From Octopus sinensis (Eukaryota), in NCBI RefSeq assembly GCF_006345805.1, contig NC_043004.1, positions 11,160,001 to 11,224,000 on the forward strand: a stretch of DNA of 64,000 nt, in the 5' to 3' direction. Every line of letters begins with the position of its first letter. Position 1 is the stretch's first letter. The translations under genes were made by a program, and so were the position numbers. The notes under the pieces are model-generated. The model had not been told where the DNA came from and ran no database searches. It was given only the letters and a program-made list of their open reading frames with translations. Below, piece by piece: positions 53,755 to 64,000 of the stretch.

Positions 53755-54408
53755 TGTATGCTTACATACATGCTAATATATAAATAAGCATGCATACATA
53801 TCACTACATCTTTCGATGTCTTCTAAATTCCAATGAATATATCTCTTTCCTGACTAAGAGATAGACTCTTTCCTTGAAGGTGAGGAATAAGAAATATAAA
53901 TACATACATCGGCAAACGTAAAGTTGTGCATTATAATAGCCAGATTTCAACAAACATTGGTAAATACCATTCAACACCTAACCAAGTCTTGGTACACAAA
54001 TTTACATCTCAATAGAAATGGACAAATTAAATATGACACCATATTATCAAAAAGCAATACTGTCGAGCGATAACTTGTCATTATTATCCATTGTCCTCTT
54101 GTTAAACTCATTATCGTGCCTGCTTACAAAATACAACTGCGGAAGAAATAAGTACTGTAAATCAAAGAATGTCTGACTTATTTTTTTCAATAATCTGTTG
54201 CTGTATTCCACGTATATATACACACCTGTCATAATTCTAGGGTTGCCACATTTGAGCAGCAGGAATTTAGGACATCACGACATCAGGACACCAGGTATCT
54301 TCACTGACAGTAATTCCATGGCACCGTCCGACACATTTTGGACCTTTGCCATTATACATACACACATCCAAGCACACACATGCATACTTGTGTGTGTGTA
54401 TGTATGCA

Positions 54409-54462
<54 letters not shown>

Positions 54463-54480
54463 GTGTGTGTTATTAGAGGT

Positions 54481-54598
54481 AATGGTGTCATTGAGACCCA
54501 AAGGTGTCAGGTTATACTGAATAAGTGCTATAGATAGACTAAAGTTCTAGGTTCGGTGATTATGCGAATAAGGAGTTCATAGTTGGTCATATGTCAGT
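54481..54598. repeat. Unclassified ~125-bp interspersed repeat, copy 2
   Basis: Matches 27865-27990. Confidence 0.75.
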
Positions 54599-54603
54599 AT
54601 ATG

Positions 54604-54671
<68 letters not shown>

Positions 54672-54676
54672 GTGTG

Positions 54677-54713
<37 letters not shown>

Positions 54714-54715
54714 GG

Positions 54716-55385
54716 CGACTTGGCAGAAACGTTAGCACGCCGGACGGAATGCTTTCCGGTTTTCATCTGCCGTTACGTTCTTAGTTCAAATTCCGCAGGG
54801 GTCGACATTGCCTTTCATCCCTTCGGGGTCGATAAATTAAGTACCAGTTACGCACTGGGGTCGATATAATCTACTTAATCCCTTTGTCTGTCCTTGTTTG
54901 TCCTCTCTGCGTATAGCCCCTTGTGGGTGGTAAAGAAATAGATATATCGCCTGCCGTTACGTTCTGAATTCAAATTCCGCCGAGGTCAACTTTGCCTTTC
55001 ATCTTTTCGGGGTCGATTAAATTAGTACCAGTTACACACTGGGGTCGATATAATCGATTTAATCCGTTTGTCTGTCCTTGTCTGTCTCCTCCGTGTTTAG
55101 CCTCTTGTGGGCAGTAAAGAAATAAGCGTCTCCTTCTCTCCTCCCCTCTCTCCTCACATCCCTTTGTCTGTCCTTGTTTGTCCCCTCTATGTTTAGCTCC
55201 TTGTGGGCAATAAAGAAATAGGTATTTCATCCGTCCTCATGTTCGGAGTTTAAAGACTTCGTCGAGGTCGACTTTGTGTTTCATCCTTTTGGGGTCGATA
55301 AAATAAGTATCAGTTTAGTACTGGAGGCTGAAGTATTCGACTAGTCCCCCTCCCCAAAATTTCAGGCCTTGTACCTATACTAGAA
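54716..55385 (+). mobile_element. SINE family C multimer (3-4 chained modules)
   Basis: Modules restart after aaagaaatag at about 54940 and 55220. Confidence 0.8.
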
Positions 55386-55989
55386 AATATCATTGACACG
55401 CAAACACATTTTACACAGAAATATAAATTTAGACAAATTTCAAAATTTCTAACAATGGACGTGCATAATTCACGCTTTGCCAAACTCTTGTAACTATATT
55501 CATACGCACTCAACACCCCAACGAAACGTAATCTGAATTATGTATCCGCCATCTACCCATGCAAACTGCGCTATGTTCATAACTAGTCTATGCTAACTAT
55601 CTGATGATATCAGCAACATTAGATTGTACGGCTCGGTTTATGAGCCTACACAGCATTCAATTCCGTTTATATCAAAGTTTTACATACCGATCTACGTACT
55701 TATCTTCCTAACTGCAAAGAGTCTCCCTACGTAACTAAGTACACTTTACACGCACATACGTCTTAAGCACGATGTAATGTGTAGGCAGATGCTATTCTAT
55801 GTAGGCATGTATATTTGTGTATACGTGTGTGTGTATAAGTGTGTGTGTAAAATTAAACAGATAGAGAGATAGATAAATGGATAGATAGGTAGATATAGAT
55901 AGATGGTTAGATTGGTACATTCAATACATATATAAATACCTATATATAAATATATATATATACTTATATAAATATATATTTTATTTTAT

Positions 55990-56020
<31 letters not shown>

Positions 56021-56571
56021 TAATACTTATATAAATAATATATATATACATACATATATGTATATATTTATATATATATATACTTATATATATATATAGT
56101 ATATATATTATATAAATAAGTATATATATACATACATACATGTATATATTTAATATATATACTTATATATATTTATATATATATATATATATATATAGAT
56201 AGATAGATACATGTAAATATATATATATATATATAAATGTATTTATATGTATGTATATATATTTATATGAATGTATGTATTCTCATTATATATATAAGAC
56301 TATTTTTATTCCAACTTTCTAAATCTAAGGTGTCATCTAAACTTAATATTAGCTTCGCTCTATGAATACAAACGGCGCTAGATCAATATAGTTTATGTAA
56401 ATGATATACAAAGCAAAGGCGATCTCTACTCTGACAAAGTAATAAGCTGAAATACATAAATTCATAAATAAGTGGATACCTAATAAATTTATATACACAC
56501 ACAGACAAATGCACACGGGCGCGCGCAACACACACAGAGAAAATATATACATATATTATATATATATATAT

Positions 56572-56613
<42 letters not shown>

Positions 56614-56679
56614 GATATATGAATCTCTATATCTTTCTTGCCCTCGTCCTCTCCCCCGCTATCTCTCTATCTACCCTTT

Positions 56680-56719
<40 letters not shown>

Positions 56720-56774
56720 GCTATCTATCTATCTATCTATCTATCTATTTGTCTGTCTTGTCTGTTCTTTAACC

Positions 56775-56806
<32 letters not shown>

Positions 56807-56816
56807 GGCGTATATA

Positions 56817-56980
56817 GGCGCAGGAATGACTGTGTGGTAAAAAGCCTGCTTCACAACCACATGGTTCCAGATTCAGTCCCACTGCGTGGCACCTTGGGTA
56901 ATCGTCTTCTATTATAGCCGCGGGCCGACTAAAGCCTTGTGAGTGGATTTGGTAGACGGAAACTGAAAGAAGCCTGTCGT
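56817..56980 (+). mobile_element. SINE family A, 5' half
   Basis: ggcgcaggaatgactgtgtggt..cagattcagtcccactgcgtggcaccttgg. Confidence 0.85.
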
Positions 56981-57131
56981 ATATATATGTATGTACGTAT
57001 GCATTTGTGAGGCGAGCAGTAGCATCACCAGGGAAATTGCCATTTCGGCGGCGGCGGCCTCACCATCTTCGTTGAAGGTGGGCCGGTATTATTTATAAAT
57101 ATAGATAGAGATATAGGAAGAGAGAGATGGG

Positions 57132-57173
<42 letters not shown>

Positions 57174-57793
57174 ATATTATATATATATGTACATACATAC
57201 ATATACACACAAAGTGATAACAAGGAGTAGACGGAGCAGGGGCAGCTGAAGAAGGGTAATGTTCCTTGTGTTGTAGGACTTGTACTCTGTTTTTTTTTGT
57301 GACCTGTACCCATGTATACATGTATATATACATATAGATGTAGGTATGTACATATATGTGTGTATATATGCATATGTTTTATTTATTATCTTGTTATTAT
57401 ATATAATATATATATTTATGAATACATACGTATATGTGTTTATACGTGCATGCGTGTGTGTATGTATCTATGTATGCATCATTAACTATCTATACATGTA
57501 CATATATGCTTGTGTTTGTATGTGTATGTGCGCGCGTATTTGTGAGAGGAAGACGACATGATTGATGTGTGTAATAAATATGTATTATTAATAGATATTG
57601 TATATACAACACACGGTGCTGCCTTTGTTAGGCAGAAGATCGCGTGTGAGAATGTATGAGTATTTGTGTTATTGCGTCTACACAACTACAGCTGTGTTCC
57701 TATGAAACTCTAACTATTAACGTGTAAGTTGATCTGACTCGAAACACAGACTGCATGACTATATAAACCTATAGCATTTTTTTCCCATGGCCG

Positions 57794-57861
57794 GATAACT
57801 GAAGAGATGGCGGCGTGGATTTCCACCACCCCGACATCCGAAACTCGGAGTTGTATCATGG
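57794..57861 (+). ncRNA. Degenerate minimal type I hammerhead ribozyme (second family)
   Basis: GATAA-CTGAAGA-GATG..CATCC-GAAA-CTCGGAG-TT-GTATC; stems slightly eroded. Confidence 0.55.
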
Positions 57862-58077
57862 CTACCGAATAATTTTTCACATATTACATTTACAGATAAA
57901 TTCCTCTATTTATATAATATCGAGGTCTCTTCCATTCTTTTGTTGTCCTACCATTTCTATCAATATATATATATATATCATCATCATCGTTTAACGTCCG
58001 CTTTCCATGCTAGCATGGTTGGACGATTTTGACTGGTATATATATATATATTATATATCTATTCATATATATATGGG

Positions 58078-58120
<43 letters not shown>

Positions 58121-58549
58121 GGTATGTGTGTGTGTGTGTGTGTGTATCTGTGTTTGCATACGTATTGTAGCTACATATACATGCGCGCTTAGAAAGTCAT
58201 CTTTACCATCCATTGAAGTATTATGTCTGTATATGACACTATAGTGTATTCACTTATTGACTTAAACCCATTTCTTCGCAAATGTTCGATTCGTCACATT
58301 CTGCACTATGTTTAGGACATATATTTTATTTTTTTCCTCTCCACTAAAAATCCGTCTATGTCGCTCAGACTAAACTAATCAACTTTGTCTGGCGCTGTTT
58401 ATTTTTTTAGTTTCCGTTAATTTTTTTTTTCTTTACTAACTTTTTTTTTATGTAGCAATTTTGTTTCATTATTCTTTACAGTTTTTGATTGAAGTTGGTT
58501 TCTAAGATTGATTAAGAGAGAGTGAGGAGCAAATAATGTAAGGCGTGAG

Positions 58550-58742
58550 TGAGAAGAAGACGACGAAGACGAAGAAGAGGAAGAAGGAGGAGAGAGGAAG
58601 AAGAAAAAGAAGAATAAAAAAAGATAAAGAAAAGAAGAAGAAGAAGAAGAAGAAGAAGAAGAAGAAGAAGAGAAGAAAGAAGAAGAAGAAGAAGAAGAAG
58701 AAGAAGAAGAAGAAGAAGAAGAAGAAGAAGAAGAAGAAGAAA
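58550..58742. repeat. (GAA)n purine-rich microsatellite
   Basis: Direct. Confidence 0.95.
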
Positions 58743-59199
58743 GTGTTAGAGGGAAAGAGATTAGAAACGGGAGCAAACCAACTGGCATAAGACATATATA
58801 GATACACAGGCGAAAATACATTAGAAAGATGAATTAGAGTTTTGAACACGAAGGACAGATGCAAGAATATATGTAAACAAAATCATGTTTTCCTTCACAC
58901 ACACATACACTCGCGTAAATACTTACACACATATAAACATACACACATTTGGTATATATATATATGTATGTATGTATGTAATATATATTTATTATTCATA
59001 TATATGAAGTCTACACGTAATGTCTTGCATTACTTGTGACTAAAGAAATCAACTAATAGTTACGTCTATAATATATGATGTAGGTAACAGCACAAATTAA
59101 GTGGGAGACACAACTCAGCGGAAAGAGGAATCGATGGTTCGAATCACAAGAAATCAAAACTAGCTTTGTTGTATAAATAAACATATTACACATTCACAG

Positions 59200-59610
59200 A
59201 TGCATGTGTGGCTGTGTGGTATGATGCTGGCTTCCCAAACACATAGTTCCGGGTTCAATACAACTGCGTGGCATCTTGTTTCTTCTGCAAGAGCCCCGAA
59301 CTGACCAAAAAATCTTGTGAGTAGATTTAGTAGAAGCCGGTCGTCTATACACCACCATATATATGTGTGTATGCATGTGTGTGTGCTTGTCCCCGGTGTT
59401 GATGTGTTTATGACTTCGGTTTGGCAAAAGAAGACTAATAGAATAAGCACCGAGCATTAAAATATTTGTGGTCGATTTGTTTGTGTAAAATCCATCAAGA
59501 TGTCCCAAGGCGAACTCATCGTGGGCGGAAACCAAACGTTGAGCAAAAGGGAAAAAGCTCAACCCACTTCGATTTTCAGTATGGCCCCAATCAAATGACT
59601 GAAACAAATA
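59200..59610 (+). mobile_element. Diverged SINE family A copy
   Basis: gtggctgtgtggt..ccgggttcaat..ctgcgtggcatcttg; 3' atgactgaaacaa. Confidence 0.6.
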
Positions 59611-59654
59611 ACAAAAAAAAAAAAGAGAAGCGGCATCGTTTGATGTCCAGTCTC

Positions 59655-60153
59655 ATAAAATGCAACGACAGAAAAAAATATATCGAAATTGAAAGTGAAG
59701 CTGTTTCTGGCAATAGTGGCGTCTGTTCCTCTATACGGGGATGAAACATGGACGCTCACAAAAGCATTGAAGTAGCAGTTGAACGGCTTTTATATTAGGG
59801 TGCTTAGAATAGCACTCAATGTCTCCGGGAAGAGTCATACAACAAACGCTGACTTATACAAGGAACTACCAAAAGTAACGTTGAAGATACAGCGTAGAAG
59901 GTTGAGGCTGGCTGGACACTGCATTACACTCACCGATGACATTTCTAACAAGCTAGTCCTCTGGCAACCAACCGAAGGAAGAACCAGGAGAAGAAGGAGG
60001 AAGACGACCTATATCGACAACTTGCTGTAGGATACTGGTATGGAAGGGGTACAGGAGCTGAAGACCTTCATGTAAGATCGAGGTAAGTGGGGAAAACGTG
60101 TGGAAACAGTCTTAGGATGTCCTGACGCACGACCTAGAGGGAGATAGATAGAT
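59655..60153 (+). mobile_element. 5'-truncated RTE-clade LINE 3' end
   Basis: LKVKLFLAIVASVPLYGDETWTLTKAL*..RRLRLAGHC..LVLWQPTEG..TYIDNLL; (GATA)n tail. Confidence 0.85.
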
Positions 60154-60379
60154 TCTGTCCAGGCATAGTTAAGTGGTTAGAAACCTCGTGTTGAATCTCA
60201 CTGCGCGGCACCTTAGACACATGTGACCAATATGTTATGAATGAGTTTGGTTGCCGGTAACCACCAGAAAGCCCGTTGTATTGTGTGTGTATATGTATGC
60301 GCGTGTGTGTGCGTGTGTGTCAATCTGTCTATGCCTGTGCATGCATGTATATGTTTATATGTAAGTATGTATGTACTTG

Positions 60380-60450
<71 letters not shown>

Positions 60451-60495
60451 GCCTGTCTATCTATTTACACACACACATAAATATATATACATGAA

Positions 60496-60830
60496 GGCAC
60501 ATGGCTCAGTGGTTAGAACTTCGAGCTTACCGTCGTGAAGTTGTGAGTTCGATTCCCAGATCGGGCTGCATATTGCGTTCTTGAGCAAGACACTTTATTT
60601 CACGTTGCTCCAGCTCACTCAGCTGTAGAAATAATTTGCAATGTCTCTTGTGCCAAGCTGTATCGGCATTTGCCTTTTCATGGGATAACATCGGTGGCGT
60701 TGGAGAAGGGAGGCTGGTATGCATGGACATTGCTGGTCTTCCATAAATAACCTTGGCCGGACTCGTGCCTCGGAGAGTTACTTTGTAGGTGCAATCCCAC
60801 GGACAACCATGACCGAAAGGGGTTCACCCC
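60496..60830 (+). mobile_element. tRNA-derived SINE family D with a CORE-like central segment
   Basis: tggctcagtggttaga A-box, gttcgattccc B-box, then ttcttgagcaagacactttatttcac..cagctgtagaaat. Confidence 0.75.
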
Positions 60831-61054
60831 ATCTGTATATATGTATGTATATGTGGGTGTTTCTATGTATTTGAATTCGTAACAACCAGTGTTAGTTTGT
60901 TTTATCTCCATTACTTATTTGGTCTATTAAAAGAGATCGATAAGATAAGTGCAGCTCTTAAATATGGACTGGTTGTCTGTCCGACGCTTTACTCTTTCGA
61001 CGAGCGTTTAGCTTTAATGTTAATATACCATATTTTGAGAGAAAGAGTCCGAGC

Positions 61055-61410
61055 GATTTAAGGTTTGAGTGCATTTGATTACAAGTTTACTCAATCAAGA
61101 ATTAAAATCCTGAATGAGATAGTTAAGGTCTGTATTGGTAACATTCATATTCTGAATACTTTTTGCGCGACAAAAGGAATTGCACGAAACGCTAAGATAC
61201 AAGTCTGGCAGAACTTAGGTTTTGCCGATAGATTTAAGGTTTGAGTGATTTGATTACAAGTTTACTCAATCAAGAATTAAAAACCTGAATGAAATAGATA
61301 GGGTCTGTATTGGTAACATCCGTATTTTGAATATTTTTCTGTGAAGCAAAAGGGATTTCCACGAAACGCTTAGATACATATCTCCTCGCAGCGCTAAACT
61401 TTTGCCTATA
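61055..61410 (+). repeat. Tandem duplication of a 176-bp unit
   Basis: gatttaaggtttgagtg..gattacaagtttactcaatcaagaattaaaa at 61055 and 61231. Confidence 0.85.
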
Positions 61411-62700
61411 GACACAGCGTTGGTTTAGAACAAGGTACGAAACCAAACAATAACAGCTTGACATCTAACACCACATCAAATCGGTAATCTCACATTTACA
61501 GCTAGCTTGAATGATAAATGAATAATTGCTTTGAATGATTGACTGATTTCTTGATCGATTGATTCCTCCATTGATATGATTAACGTTATGTAGCTGGGTG
61601 TGTCTTAGCGATGAGTCAGATGCTGTAAGTTATGGCCAAACGCTGTTCTAAGGAGAAATAAAGGTGCCAAGTGAACAAGAAACAGTGTGGAGAATAATCT
61701 ATTACGCTTAAACTGTGACAGAATATTACTTTGTTTCCACGAGTCATGAAGGACCTACATTACCTTTTTGGAAGGGAGAGGGAGTGAATATTAATAATAA
61801 CGTTATTAATAATAACGTTTATGCGCATTTTATGTGGTAGGTGATACACAAAGACACAACACAAAACACACACACGCGCACACACACACACACACACACG
61901 CACACACACACACACATACACACACGCACAAAATCTTCACAAAAATAGTGATATCGATAGGCTCTACCTAAGAAGAGATAAAGGCGGTAGGGGCTTGAAA
62001 TCGGTGCATACTGGCATTGAATGTTGCATAGCCACTTTCAGACAGCACTTGCTAAACAACAGCAGGAAAAAATAAATACATTCACTTAATACTGAAAAGT
62101 GAAAGATACAATATTCTACGTGCTGGATGTGTGCACCTCGGGAAGTACTCTTTTCCTGATGATCTCCCTTATAAACCCAAATCAGCTGGACTAGCATACC
62201 CCCAAAATCATGCATGGGTATATTTCTCGTAGACTGGAAGAAGATAGTAACATTGACATGAAGAGAAACCTCGCCTGGATTCGTGACCGCTACATCACAC
62301 ACACTGCGGAAGTTATGCAGTTGCAATCCATGTACAGAAGATTGTTACTGAATACCTAATCAACAAAAAAGAGATAGATAGATTGGTAGAAAGGTAGATT
62401 ATGTGTGTATATATATATATATATATATTTATATCAAGCAAATAACGAGGATGCCCGGACATCAGTGCATTACGGCCGTTTCAAGTGGCTCCATTTAATC
62501 GATAAATGGAAACATTACATCAATTTGAAATAAACCACCCTCCTCGGATGCAAGCGACCATATATATTTCCAACATACAGGATACACCATTATAATTTTT
62601 TAGCAAATTTTTTATCAGTACTACAGACTAAAATAATTACATTGTTTCTCTTTGTTATTATTGTGGCAGTTTTTTCTGTTGACTTCTATGTACAGGAATG

Positions 62701-62761
62701 TCTTCCTGAAGAGAAGAATGGATCCATTTTTGGTTCGTAACTTCGAAATTGGAATAGAGGG
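62701..62761 (+). ncRNA. Minimal type I hammerhead ribozyme (third family)
   Basis: TCTTC-CTGAAGA-GAAG..CTTC-GAAA-TTGGAA-TA-GAGGG: intact core, perfect 4-bp stem II, AUA triplet. Confidence 0.6.
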
Positions 62762-63081
62762 CTAACCATTTATTTTTATTTAAATTTTGGTTTCTTATGT
62801 CATGTCGCTCGCCGACAGCATTTATAGTTGAGAAGATTGAAAATGAGTGGTTACAGTGTTTTTATAACGGTTTTGACTGCTATTTCTAGGCATGTAAGTG
62901 TTTTTATAACCCGGTCCGTTATAATTGTGATTTATTCACAATTATATGCTCTTCTTTGTTGAAACAAACTTTTGATTGCATGTTCTGGACACTGATATAC
63001 TCATAAATAATTTTGAATGTTTTACGATATATCGTAGTAATGTACTTCTACATTCATTCCTCTTTCATATATATATATATA

Positions 63082-63235
63082 TATATTATATAGAGGGTAC
63101 TATTATTCATAGGTACCGCACGCTAGGAGGGACTTTTGCAGTCAAAACTACTAAAAGAACTTTTAATAGTTTTGACTGCAAAAGTCCCTCATAGCGTGCG
63201 GTACCTATGAATAATAGTACCCTCTATATAATATA
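63082..63235. repeat. Near-perfect 154-bp palindrome
   Basis: 76-bp arms, 2 mismatches, 2-nt spacer at 63158-63159. Confidence 0.92.
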
Positions 63236-63338
63236 AATAAATATTTTCAAAGTGGAAAATTTACAGATTTTTTCTCTTACGAGGCTTTTCACGCTAACTA
63301 CAGATAGTTTCTTATAAAGATTTTATCCTTAATTTTAA

Positions 63339-63388
<50 letters not shown>

Positions 63389-64000
63389 GTATGTATGTAT
63401 GTATGTATGTATGTATGTATATTGATAAGTAGATAAATCTATATATCGTTATTTACATGTGCATATATTTTCTCCACATGTCTTCTACCTTTCACTGTTT
63501 CTCTTTCTTCTTTTTACCCCCTATACACTCGCACATGCACTGGCAATTCACTTGATGATCGTGTTTTGAAAATCAAATGTGTATCTCACGCAAGAAGTCA
63601 CAAAAATCACAAGTGCAAGAAAGGTGTGGTTTTATTTTCCATGATTTAGAATGGATGAAAAATTTGCTGACACTTAATATTGACGCGCAATCTCATATTT
63701 ATTTGATGGCGGGAATAGTGGAGTATATTGGTCACAATATTCTCTGATGTTTATTTTAGCAACATCCGAATACTGAACAGCAAGATTGAAGTTGGTGTTA
63801 ATTGTGCTCCGGGTAAAAATGTTACACAAGGAGGATACTATAGAATGTATCGTTTTAAGCTCTGTCGTCTCCTTCAACGTAAAACCGCGATGTTTTAAAT
63901 TCATATCGTTACACTAGCTTAATGAAATAAAGTATGTGTATGTAAGTTTATGTGTAGATATTAAATATTCTATTTATGTGTGTATTCATACATACATAGT

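Overview
AT-rich, microsatellite-dense animal DNA with no intact long ORF, and no rRNA, tRNA gene or CRISPR array. The tRNA-derived SINE families and simple-repeat load point to an Octopus-like cephalopod genome (inference from recognition, not a database search). Almost all ORFs in the supplied track are microsatellite artefacts. Recognisable content is mobile DNA: a full-length but frameshifted mariner, a hAT transposase relic, 3' ends of RTE (x2), CR1 and Tx1 LINEs, pieces of R4/Dong LINEs lodged in (TAA)n tracts, a probable Helentron-type non-autonomous element and about 25 SINE copies or fragments. The main discovery is at 3072-5608. A young ORF-less ~533-bp repeat forms one inverted plus ~3.5 direct copies, inserted in (TA)n. 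Every copy carries a complete minimal type I hammerhead ribozyme with a palindromic stem III, i.e. a retrozyme or Penelope pseudo-LTR-like array predicted to yield ~533-nt self-cleaved RNAs. Three further unrelated hammerhead-like motif families (28017-28266, 57794-57861, 62701-62761) and several fold-back elements suggest that ribozyme-bearing, Penelope-type retroelements are a pervasive hidden layer here. A few weak candidate host exons are noted.
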